Assembly (NCBI GenBank): GCA_039096225.1
Contig: JBBPEB010000014.1
Coordinates: forward strand, 1,302,001-1,366,000
Origin: Blastocystis sp. Blastoise
Taxonomy: Eukaryota; Protista; Bigyra: Opalinata
Length of the DNA stretch: 64,000 bases
Direction: 5' to 3'
Part shown: positions 17,546 through 30,290 of the stretch, in pieces
How positions within the stretch are numbered: position 1 is the first letter of the stretch
Layout: each line of letters opens with the position of its first letter
The notes under the pieces: model-generated
Told to the model about the DNA's origin: nothing
Databases searched by the model: none
Seen by the model: the letters and a program-made list of their open reading frames with translations, nothing else
Position numbers and translations under genes: made by a program

Positions 17546-18687
17546 ATGTCAGAAGTTTCAAGTCAAACTATTGTTGAGCCTAAGCACTTTGAGATTCCTG
17601 AAGTTCATGTAAATTCTTTTGGATGGGGTCCTTGTACTGTTTCTGATAAATTTGTTTCGATGCCTTTCCAACTTTTCAGTAAAGATGAAAAGTTAGGAAG
17701 AATTATTGACTTTAGTATTCCTAGTGGTCATCGTATATTTCTAAACTTTTTAATTCCATTTTTTGTTCTATTTCTTAACATTTATTCTCTTTTCATATAG
17801 GTAAAGGTGATGATTCTGATGCTAGTGATGATGACTCTTTCATTAATGTTGAAACTGTACGTGCTAAGTCTAATCACAAGAAGATTCTTACTTCTCGTAG
17901 ACAACAAAAGAATCAACAAAGAAATGCTGCTGCTGCTATTGCTGCTGCTAATGAAGAAGAAGCTGCTAATCAACCTGGTTATGTTAATCAATATAAACCT
18001 AAAGTTCAAAAATATGTTTATCGTAAGAATAACCAAAATTACACTAAATTACCCTCTGTTGAAGTATATATTGTTTTCATTTATTTTTATTATTAGATTT
18101 GTTTCTTATTTTATATTTTTAAATAATATATTTTTAATTTTATTTTATATTTAATTATTATTATGATTATATATAGATTAAACCCACTTGGAAACCTGTT
18201 AGTCAATTTATTTTCTCGGAATTAAATAAAAAGATTCAAAAGGAAATTCCTCAAGGAAAAGATATGTATGTTGTTTATTCTAATTATTATGTTTATTTTT
18301 ATTAAATTATGATTATATTTTAATTATATTTTAATTATATATATATATATATACTATTATATTATTTTCATTAATAAGCTTATATATATAAATATAGTGT
18401 TCAATTAGGTATTCTAAAGCAATATAAAGATTCGATGTCAAAAGTTACTCCGAAGGCTCCTATAGTCTTAAAGCATGATAATAATGCTGTTTTCTTTAGT
18501 AATATTACTACTACTGATGATAGTGTCTTCGAAACACTCGCTCCCACGGGAATCGCCAATGTTTATGCTACAGATCAAATTATTTCTCATTTAATGATTG
18601 CTGCTAAAACTAGTACTCCTTGGTATATATATTATATTCTTATATGTATTCTATAAAGAGTTTCATTTATATATATTTTTATTTATT

Positions 18688-18725
<38 letters not shown>

Positions 18726-19302
18726 ATATTATAGTACGTAAGGTGAATGGAGTTATTTTCTTAGATCATCGTGACGGAGTGTACGATCTTTTAACGGTCG
18801 ATGAAACAGCTTCTGACGCTATCACCGATGTCGATAAAGAAAATGCACTTAAGTATATATATATATATATATGTATATGTTTGATTTTATGATATCTATT
18901 TGATTTCTATATAATAAAATAGAATTTGTTATATATTTCAAATGTTTATTAACATTATATATTTATATATATAATATGTATTTATGTTTATAGAGTTGAA
19001 GCTACTGTTATTAATCAGAGTTTCAATGAATTTGTCGTGGATAAAGTAGTTGAAGATAAAGACATTAAACCTAATCCTTTCTTTGATGAAGAAGAAGTAT
19101 AGTGTTTTATTAATATTATTATATTTATTATGAGTATTGTTGTTTTTTGTTATTAATATATTGATTTCTTTAAAGAAAATAGAATTGTTTTCATTTTTTT
19201 AGAGTTCTTATACTTATTATGCATAATTATACTTGCTATTCTCTATTTTTAATACTCGTTAACTTATACTATTTATTATTATATCTATTCATCTTCTATT
19301 GT

Positions 19303-19344
<42 letters not shown>

Positions 19345-19546
19345 CATCCTAATGGTCATCCTTCTTCAACAGTATATAAATATCGTAAGTTCCAATTAAC
19401 TGAAGATCTCTCTTTATTGGTCCGAACTGAAGTACATGGCATAGAAATCAAAGGAGAACAAAAGAAATATATAAATAGTTATGCTCTTAATGAGTGGGAT
19501 GTCACCAAAAAACCAAATCAAAAATGGAGATCTATGCTTGATAAAG

Positions 19547-19633
<87 letters not shown>

Positions 19634-20216
19634 CATTATTTTAATATTTAGAGTGGTCAAGTATTATTTAATGAAATTAAGAATAATAATACTAAAGTAT
19701 GTAAATGGATTGCTCAAAGTATTTTAGCTGGTGTTGATGCTATCAAATTAGGTTATGTTACTAGAAAAGGACAAGATGCCAAAAAGTATATATAATATTA
19801 TAATAAATTAAAAGTAGACACAAAATAGAATATTATTACCAATAACAAATTAATATATTTTTAATAATAATAATCAATATATATATAGTCATATTTTATT
19901 AAATGTTGATAACGTTACTCCTTCTGTATTTGCTGCTAATGCATTGTTAAATGAAAAGAACTTATGGGCTGTTTTAATTAACCTTTTAACTGAAATTAAA
20001 AAACAACCTGATGGTAAATATTATTTAGTTAGAGATCCTTCTAAACCTATTTTACGTTTATATTCTGTTCCTGATGATGAAAGTGATGATGAAGAAGAAG
20101 ACGATGATGATGATTCTAGTGAAAGTTCTAGTGACGATGATTCTAGTGATGATGATGATGATGACAGCAGTGAAAGTTCTAGTAGTGATGACGATGATGA
20201 TGATGATGAAGAATAA
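17546..20216 (+). CDS. EIF3D: Translation initiation factor eIF3 subunit D, 9 exons
   Basis: GWGP, PFQLFSKDEKLGRIID, WDIIVRK, LLTVDETA, EATVINQ, YKYRKF, LNEWD, IKLGYV and KYYLVRDPSKP motifs. Confidence 0.93.
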
Positions 20217-20471
20217 ATATAAATGATCAATCTGATTTTTACTTATTTGTTTTGTACTTTTTTGTTGTTTTATATTCTTTTTTTTATATAGTTATTGTTT
20301 TGTTTCTATATTCTATATTCCATTTGAAACTACATCCATCGAATAAAGATATTCTTTTAAATAAAAACAATTTTAGTTCATATGTCCAAAATTCGTAACT
20401 GTGACAAAAAAAAAAAAAAAAAAAAATTCTTTAAAAAAAAAGTGAATTTTATTTTTATCGATTGAATCATA

Positions 20472-21742
20472 ATGAGTGCAAAACATCCTAAACCTCTTCT
20501 ACCATCATTCTTAGATGAGGAAGAAGTACAAACTGTTATCACAAAGAAAACAAAAGATGAAGGTGCTTTAAAACAAATTGAAGAAGAGTTAATAGATCCA
20601 AGTAAAACACCAAAGAATGAAGAAGAAGATCCTAACGAAGATAATGAAGACAATAAAAGCTTAAAAGACACAGAAAATGAATCAAAAGATGATGATCATG
20701 AAGAATATTCTAATAATCCTCGTCGTGAAAGATTGATGAAATTGAAAAAGAAGTTATTACAAGGTTTGTTAAATTATATATTTCATTTATTGTCATTTCT
20801 ATTCTCATGAATCCTTTATCTAGCCGATTTAATTAGTAAGAATGAAGTCTCTGAAGAATTCACTAGACTTGAAACTGATGAGTAAGAATCTCTTGTTTTT
20901 TATATCTTCATTTCATTAATTTTCTGTTTGATTTCTTAATGTTTTTCTATTTTTTAAATCATTTTCGAATAATTCTTGTTTGATCATTTAATATTATTTT
21001 AAATATAGTATTGAAAAGAAACAAAAGCGTGAAGAATGGTATCGTCAACATCAACAAAAATTAAAAGATTTAAAAGCGAAAGGAATAGATGAAGAACATT
21101 CGTATATATATATATCTTTTTGAACTATAATTATATTTAAATGAATACTATTTTAATATAGTTATTTAATGGAATCTGTAGCTTCTGCTGAGAAACGAGA
21201 ATCAAAGAAAGAACAAAAAGAAATGAATCGCATTAATAATTTTGGATGGAATATTTTTAATCAAGTATTTTTAAATTTTTTTTTTGATTTCTTGATATAT
21301 TTTTTAATTGTTTTTTAACTGTATTTATTTTATATATTCTATTTAATATATCTATTCTATTTATATAATATACTATACTATAATATGTAATATATGATTA
21401 GTACTATATTCATATATATAGGATGCATTATATAGAGCTTATAATAAGCAAGTATCAAAATTACCCAAAAAATCAGTATCCGATCTTTCTACCAAAGATT
21501 CCCTTGATTATGGTGATAATTCTAAGATAGATCCTGAAAAAGCAGAAATGGTGGCTAATTATTATAAAGAAAAAGATGAAAAATCAAAAGAAAACTTTAG
21601 TAAACGTAAAACATTTTATAATGAAGAAGAAGTTAATTATATTAATGAAAGAAATAGAGTATTTAATAAGAGATTAAGTCGTTATTATGATAAGTATACT
21701 GCAGATATGAGAGCTAATATTGAAAGAGGTTCTGCACTTTAA
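20472..21742 (+). CDS. SYF2: Pre-mRNA splicing factor SYF2, 5 exons
   Basis: FGWNIFNQDALYRAYNK and C-terminal VNYINERNRVFNKRLSRYYDKYTADMRANIERGSAL. Confidence 0.92.
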
Positions 21743-22062
21743 TTTTATATACTTTTTTTTCTTCTTTTGTTTATCTAGAATTTCTTTTTTTTGTATTACA
21801 TATTTTATTTGTTAACATGTTTTGATGTCCATTATATTAGTTTGTTTTTTCTCAATAATATGTATATCATAATTAAAATCACTGAATTATTATGAATTGA
21901 TAAAAAAAGATCATGTATTTTAATTAAATAAACAAAAAAACAGTCATAGATTTGATAAGATTTATAGATAATATAAAATGCATTTATATAATATGTACAG
22001 CAAAATTTTATTAAAATAAAAACAAAAATAAAAGCAACCTTTATTGTTTTAATAGAGAATAA

Positions 22063-22515
22063 TTAAGAAGATTTAGGAGTACTCTTTTCAAAATGTTTGG
22101 AAAGTAAACCAGTAAGTTGAAGCATACCAACTTTATCAACACCAAGAAGAGCCTTTAAAGTAGGATCACAAATAATTTCTCTCATGTTATTAGCATTTTG
22201 AAGATTATTAGCTTTTATATAAGCCCAAGTTTTCTTCTGAACATCAATATGAGAAGCTACATTGATACCCATGAAAGATGAAAGTTGAGGAGAAAGACGA
22301 ATAGGTTTTTCAAGACCACTTGGTTTACGATCAGTTTTAGGTTTAGCAGGAGCCTTAGCACGAGGTTTTCTAGCTTTCTTAGTAGTTGCCTTAGGAGCAG
22401 CAGCAGCAACAGGAGTAACTGGTTGAGCAGCTGTAGCATTAGGAGCTACCTTTGTAACGAAAGCTCTGGCAAACATAGGAGTTTGACCAAATATATAGAT
22501 AGGAAGTCTCTGCAT
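22063..22515 (-). CDS. Stand-alone SWIB/MDM2-domain protein with mitochondrial-type presequence and Ala/Lys/Pro-rich linker
   Basis: LSPQLSSFMG..VQKKTWAYIKANNLQN..REIICDPTLKALLG..LSKHF; intronless. Confidence 0.88.
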   Translation of the reverse strand: MQRLPIYIFGQTPMFARAFVTKVAPNATAAQPVTPVAAAAPKATTKKARKPRAKAPAKPKTDRKPSGLEKPIRLSPQLSSFMGINVASHIDVQKKTWAYIKANNLQNANNMREIICDPTLKALLGVDKVGMLQLTGLLSKHFEKSTPKSS

Positions 22516-24099
22516 TGTGAATTAACGAAGTAAATAAAATAACAACAAAAAAAAAGTTCCTCCAAAAAAAATTTTCAAAGTATATTTTCTTTCAATGAAT
22601 AATTTTCATTTTCCTAGTGTCTTTTTAAATATAACCGTAATTCATATTATTTGATACAGTTCTCTTTCTCAATCATACTAAACCACGAATATTTTCATTT
22701 CTATAACCAAATTTTCAAAATATATATATTTATTTTTATAAAGCTTTTTTGTCCATTTTATTCTTTAAAATGCTTGCTTTATTCATGTATCTGCTTTATT
22801 TATTATATAAATGTCATGAATATATTAAGAATACTATTTATACATAACTCGAAGCAAATTTTGTTTTTTACTTGCAAATGACCTGTAGTTAAACGTGTGT
22901 GAATTCAATATCAATTGATAGTCATCATAATGTATGCATCTAATGTATCAATCGTTTTTTAAAATATATAAAATATTGTTTATTGAAATTTAAATATTTT
23001 TCTGGCTTACGATTCACTCTTAATAGTTTAAAATTAATTTATATTCCAAAGTATGATTATAAAAAATGAATTAGGATGCAAATATTTATATTTTATTTTA
23101 GTTGTATAAAGGTTAGAGTCGATAAATTTGTTTGGTCACTAGTTGATAAAAATATTTATTTTTAAAGATATTTCTTCAGTATAAAAAGATAAAAAGTAGA
23201 TATTTTAATGAAAACTATATCAACAACTCTTTGGATATCATTATATGATTGATAATGGACGTAATTATACATATAGAAACAAAGTTGTATATAGTTAAAA
23301 AAAATAATAGTATATTAAATTGATTATTTTAGAATATGTTTAAAAAACATAAGTCTTAAGGTGTAATATGTTATATTTGTTACTTCCATATTCAATACAT
23401 TAAGGATAAATAAAAAAGCTATTCTAGCATTATTTCTAATAATCTGTGTTCATTCAAAATAATACACTTTGTTCTATAAATTGATAACATATATCTTTAT
23501 AATTCGAATTTTATATTTCTTAGTCTATAAACTACTTTAAAATTATTATATCTTTTGATATCTCTTTATTTTCATGATTTGTAATTGAAAAACAAATCAT
23601 TCTCTTTGAGAAACATTTCAAGTTTCTTTTATAAGCCTTATTTCATTTATATATCAATTTGATCAATATATATGAATCACAATAAGATATATTTATATAC
23701 TTGATACTATAAAAAAATACCATATTTAAAAAAACGTTGGTTTCTAATATTCTTTAAGTAAAATAAATCTGACTGAAGGATTATCTATTTCATACAATGT
23801 AGATTTAATATAAGAATCCAAAGAAATATTAATATATTTTTCAATAATAGTTTCATAATGAATAATAAAGTTGCATTATTTATACTTAAGAAATATTTGA
23901 ATCATTTTCGATATAAATGCCAATGTAATATGCATCATCTAACTATCTTCTAATTATAAATAAAATAAAACAAAAATCTGAATATTTTTCAGAAATCTTT
24001 CAATATGTTCTATAATTCTGGGAAAATGAATTTTTCAATGAGGAGAAATAGGAAAAATATTTATAGGGTGTATTGTTTTTCCTTTTATCCTCTAGATAA

Positions 24100-24917
24100 A
24101 TGTTAAGACGTTTTTTTGCAACAGGTATTCGAGCTTCAAAGGAATCCTTAAGAGTTCTTGATGAAGCTATGACTATTCCTAAGATGCCTGCATTTGTCAG
24201 ATCTACTATAGGTACAAATGCTGCTGATATTCTTAGAGAGTCTGGTGCAATTCCTGGAGTCCTCTATGGTGATGATGGAAAAGGAAATAAAGAAAAAATA
24301 TTGATTGCTGTTCCTAGAAGTGAAGTTATTCGTTATATTAATAAATTGAATGTTTCTCTTGAATGTACTGTATTTGATCTTATGCTAGAAAATCAAGTAG
24401 TTCGTGTATTTCCTCGACAACTTCAATGTCATCCAAGTATATTTTATTGTTTTTCATATTTATCATGTTTTATCTATCGATCTATAAATAATAATAAACT
24501 TTTTATACGTAATTCTTGAATACATATTTATGTTACAGCTATTTTTTAATAGTTTTCTTTAAAAATGAATTTTATATATATATGTTTCTTATAGCTACTG
24601 AAGTGCCAATTGCTTTAAATTTTCTTCGTTATAATCAAGTAAAAGGAACTCGTATTGAAATACCCTTAGAAGTATATAATCTTGAAAAGAATGTAGAATT
24701 GAAATTAGGTAATTTATTAAATATACCTAGAAAGTATATACAAGTAAAAGCATTTGGTGATATTATACCCAAAACTGTATTATGTAATTTAGAAAAATTA
24801 ACATTTGGAAAACCTCTTAAAGTAACTGATTTAGAATTAGATTTAAAGGCTTATAAAGTAGATCCTTTAATTATGAATTCTATTATTGCTTCTATTCCTA
24901 CAAAAAAGAAGGTTTAA
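24100..24917 (+). CDS. Mitochondrial ribosomal protein bL25 (L25/Ctc family); intron at 24437-24594
   Basis: MLRRFFA presequence; LRESGAIPGVLYG, VFPRQLQCHP, ALNFLR and RIEIPL motifs. Confidence 0.85.
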
Positions 24918-25251
24918 TTTTCTTTTTAATCTATATTCAATTATAATAATTATTACTTTTTTTTTCAAAACACTTTTCTTATTTTTGTTTATATATTCTT
25001 TAATGTATCTTAATTGTATGGGCTTTGTATTTATAAAAAGTGTTGTCTTTAGTACTATTCATAATGTAAGAATTAAAAATATATAAATTAAAAAAAATAA
25101 ATAAATAAAATAACACAACAAATAGAATTACATAAAAATAGAATTATAAAAACAAACATCAAAGAAATGAAAAACATATACAAGAATACAATAAAGAAGT
25201 TGGTATAATGAAAAAAAAACATAGAAAAAAGAAAAAGGAGAAGAAAAGACT

Positions 25252-25557
25252 TTATAACATTTTTGAGATAAGTTTATTGATATTATCTCCTAAATCACCA
25301 GATTGAATAATATTTTGATGAAGTAATTTGGTTTCAACCCCACTAGAAGGATTCGATAAGGGGAAGGGAGCAAGATAATCGAGAACAGCATCAAAATTAG
25401 GTCCAAGAGTTTGGATTTCATATATTAAATCAGCAATACAAATAATATTCTTATCACCTAAAGCTTTTTCTACCATTATATTATCAGATATAGGAACTTT
25501 ATTATCATCAACCTATAGAGAAAAATATAGTTATATAAATAAAATAGAGTATGAATT

Positions 25558-25605
<48 letters not shown>

Positions 25606-25646
25606 CATAATAATAATAATAATAAACATAATAATAAACATAATAA

Positions 25647-25716
<70 letters not shown>

Positions 25717-26442
25717 CATAATAATAAACATAATAAATATAATAATAATAATAAACATAATAATAATAATAATAAACATAATAAACATAATAATAATACA
25801 TACAATAGTATAAGCTCTTTTATTTAATAACATTTGAATAGTAGCATTATTTGGTTTACCCCAAGCTAAGAAAGGTTGAGCTAAAATCAATTTTCTCTTT
25901 AAATCTTCAGTCATTCTGTAAAAACGAGCAGTATAATTCTATATATATATATATTATTTAGTTTAATATTAATAAGATATAATAAGATTTTATAAGATAT
26001 AAAAATATTAATAAGATATAATAATAAATAACAATTAAAATAATAATAAAAATAAATAATATTTAAATACTTCTTTTAATTTAAGGTCCTTCAGAACAAG
26101 TCTGGTGTTCTTGGAGGCGTCACTAGTGGATCTTGTTTTAACAACAATAACAACTTCTTCCTTACAAGAAACATTGATTTGATTATATTTCATACGTTTT
26201 TCTTGACGATTTCTTCTTCTACGATCATTATCTCTATTAATAGACTCATTGACTACTTTCTCAGGAGTAATAAAACGATTCTCAGCACGAGTTTTCTTAT
26301 TAATACGCTTTTTATTCTTGATGTTCTCAGCAATCTTACGAGCATGCTCAATATCAAAACGTCTTCTTTTCTTAAGACGAACTTCGGGAACAGAATGTTC
26401 TCTAATGATTTGAGATAAATTTTCTTGTTGAGGTTCAGACAT
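25252..26442 (-). CDS. uL30/RPL7-like protein (probably ribosome biogenesis RLP7/RPL7L1), 3 exons
   Basis: VPEVRLKKRR, PFLAWGKPN, ISDNIMVEKALG..IICIADLIYEIQTLGPNF, GDLGDNINKLI. Confidence 0.88.
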
Positions 26443-26652
26443 AATATCGACAAGGAATAACTAAATAATACTCTTTTCTATACGAAATAAAAAATAACCA
26501 TACAAAAATAAATGGTTTATCGAAATCATGACTATTTTGTTTTTCTGCTATGTTTTTTGAATAATTTTTATGGAAATCCATTATTTCATTTTTCTTCATC
26601 GTTAGGTGTTATTCTAACATATTCGAAGTATTCTTATTTGTAAAATATCCAT

Positions 26653-27803
26653 ATGAGTTCAAATACAATCTTAAGATTATTAACAAGAACAACAACTGTT
26701 CTTAATGCATCAAATTACAAAGGTTTGACTTCTCCAGTTCTTAGTCTGAATAGATATAAACAATGTACATTCATTATTAAAAGTTCTGTTTTAAATATGT
26801 TAATTAGCATTTAAAAGTAAGAAAGGGAAGAAAAGCGACCCTATTTCATCAGATATGCCTGCTCCTTCTATTGATATGAAAGATATTAGAGAAAAAATGG
26901 ATGTATCCTTTTTTAATAAATATATTTTTTTTATTGATTTATATTATTGAATATAAATAAGAATTGATTTTTTCCCCTTAATCATTTATATTATTACTGG
27001 AGAAATGAGTTCTGAATTTAGTAAAATTCAAGCAGATCGTTTTGATCCAAGTATATATATATATATATATTATATATATTTATTGAATATTATTATTGTA
27101 TATTAATATAAGAATGATATTCATAATTATATATATATAGTTTTATTTGAGAAATTAACTATTAATACGCCTGAAGGTAGTAATTCTCTTTCTTCTGTTG
27201 CTCAAGTTGTTGTGAAAAGTCCTCAATTATTATCAGTCTCTGTTTTTGATCCTAGTGTATTTTAATTACTATATAACTATATAACTATATAAACCATTTT
27301 TATTAAGGATAAGAAGTATTATATTATTATTATATAGTTAGTAGCTACTGTTTTTAAAACTATAAAAGACTCTAATTTAAATGCTAATCCACAATTATTA
27401 AAAAATATTATTCAAATTCCTATACCTAAGTATATATTTATAACGATATACTTTTATTAAATATATAATAACAGGATTAATTATTATTTTTATTATTATA
27501 AAAATTATATTTAAAATTAAATAATTATAAAATTCTATAATAATAATAAATAGAACTACAAAAGAGAAACGCGAACAATTAGTAAAACAAATGAATAGTC
27601 AAGCTAGTATTTATAAACAAAAAGTTAAAAATACACGTAAAACTTATATGGATCAAGTGAAGAGATTAGAAAATTGTAGTGTTTCAAAAGATCAAATAAA
27701 AAGATATCAAAATGATATTCAAAAAATTGTGGATAAGGTAAACGATAATATTGATTCTCTATGTAAACAAAAAGAAAATGAATTAATTGGATCTTTTAAG
27801 TAA
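26653..27803 (+). CDS. Mitochondrial ribosome recycling factor, 6 exons; second intron U12-like
   Basis: Presequence; EKMD..EFSKIQADRFDP, LSSVAQVVVK..VSVFDP, NLNANP, IPIPKTTKEKREQLVK, IQKIVDK..KQKENEL. Confidence 0.88.
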
Positions 27804-28250
27804 TTACTGTAAATAAAATTTCGATTTCTTCTAAATATGTTTTCTCATTTTTTTTAAGAATCTCTAGCACGTACTTTTTTGTATCTATTTGTAAAAAATT
27901 ATTTGTATTGTTGTCATTCACAAATTTTTTAAAGTAATTGATAACTTGATGCTTCCGTAGCAACATCATAACACTTGGATAAACTCTCATTCATATAAAT
28001 AGCATGTATCTTCATTTTTCTAACGATCATTGTTTTTCCGAACATTTATTTTTCGATTGACATAGCTATATTAGTAGTTAAAGTATTTTTTCATTTGAAA
28101 ATGACGGTATAACAATGAGTGGTCATATATAAACCGAGAAAACGAGTTTTAAAAAACTTTTCTTTTTGTGTTTTTTCATTGTATTCTAAAAAGAGCTGAA
28201 AACAGAGAATTTCAAGTTTCATTTATGTGTTCAATTCTATCTACATTGTA

Positions 28251-29813
28251 ATGCAAGTCAATCAGAATGTATATAAAAGTTCATAAAACTATTAAAGTCT
28301 ATTCCCTTTATTAATAAAGCACAAAGTAATTCTACTTGGCGAAGCATCTGTAGGTAAAACTTCAATTCTTCAGTATATTTTGACTGGAGAATTTAATGAG
28401 CACTGTCCAAGTACTTTAGGAGTTAATTATCAAGAAATAAAAGTTCCTACTGAGTATGGAAGGATGACTTTACAGATTTGGGATACTGCAGGCCAAGGTA
28501 TGTTATATCCTTAAAAGAATATATTCAAATTTCATTGAATATTTTGATTATGTATTTTTTTAAATATTTATTATAGAAAAGTATCAGGGATTAACAAAAA
28601 TGTATTATCGTCAGACAGATGTAGCTCTTATTGTATACGATATTACTTCACAAGTATATATTTTTTATATGTTATTTATTTATTATTTATTTATATTTGT
28701 TTATTTATTTATATTTGTTTATTTATTTATTTTAGGATTCCTTTAATAAAGCAAAGAAATGGTATACAGAACTTAAAGAGCAGAATAATACAAATAGTAT
28801 GGTTATCTTATTAGGAAATAGATCTGATTTAGAACAACATCGAAAAGTTGCTACATCAGTATATGTTATAATTATAATTGTAATTATTATTATTTATTAT
28901 TATTTATATTATTATTATTTATTATTATTTTATTATTTATTCTAATTATTATTTATAGTTGTTTTTATATGAAATTTTTGTTTTGCATTATTATGTTTTA
29001 AATAATAATATCTTTAGATGGGAAGAAATTTCGCTGCGTTAAATAATTTATATTTTTATGAAACCTCTGCTAAGACTGGAGATAATATAGATGAAGTAGT
29101 TCATTTTATTAGTATAGAATATATTTTATATATTATATTATTATTATTATTATTTATATTATTATTTTTTTTTTAAGTATCATAATATATATATATATAT
29201 ATTCATAGTAACTACATTACCCAAAATAAAAAAAGAGAATCTTGAGAATTTAGCGTTAGCATTACAGACACAGAGAGATATCAGTAAATTAATGATCACT
29301 ATTCAAGAAGAAAAAGTATAACATATATATTTTGCATTATATGTTTAATTATTATTTATTATTATTCTATTATGATTTATTATTATTTATTATTATGCTA
29401 TTATTACAATACAATAATATTATTACTATTATCATAATATTATTATACTATTACTATTCTATACTTATTATACATATTATAGGCTCAGATAGGTTCAGGA
29501 TCACCAGATTCGCTAACGAAATTAAAAGACTTGACAACAATATTAAATAAAACAGGATATGCGTGGCAAGTATATTCTTATTATACTCTCTATTTATGAA
29601 TTTTCTTTATTATCATTCAATCCTTAATAATCGTTATTATATATACTAACTATTATTTCACTTATTATTCAGGTACAATCTTTACCTTCTGAAGAGCTTT
29701 ATCAAAAATATTTAGATACAGTTGAAGAAATTCATTCTTATTCTCCTCAACAGATACTGATTAAACCTATTAAACCAAATCAATTCTCTTCCTGTAATTG
29801 CCGTTTCTGTTAA
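28251..29813 (+). CDS. Divergent Rab5-like small GTPase with long C-terminal extension, 8 exons
   Basis: GEASVGKT, WDTAGQEKY, YYR, IVYDIT, GNRSDL, ETSAKTG; ends CNCRFC. Confidence 0.9.
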
Positions 29814-30290
29814 ATTAATATTGAAACTCTATAAAACTAATATGTGCATCGTTTGTTAGCATATATACGTCCTATTATTCATTTTTTTGTTGTTGTATGT
29901 AATGTAGTTGTCTATTTCTTTATATATAATTATATATTTTCTATAAATGTTTCTAGTTATTCTTGTTAAAATTCTTTCTTTATGTTTTTTTTTATATCTA
30001 TAAATCATATAGTCTATGTGATGCTACATATATTCTTCGTTGATTTTTTATCTAGTAGTTTTTTTATATGCAATTTAAAATAGTATATTGTTATTGAGAA
30101 TTCAAACAAAGCAACAAATTTATATATATATACATTTTAAATAATGGTAATACAAATACATATGAATATTGAGAAGAATTGAAAAAAGAATGTTGAGGTC
30201 AACATTAATAAACAAGAGAGATTCATGAGAAGAAAGAACAATAAAACAACAATGAACAAACGAAATGAAGTATAATCATAGGTATTTCAT

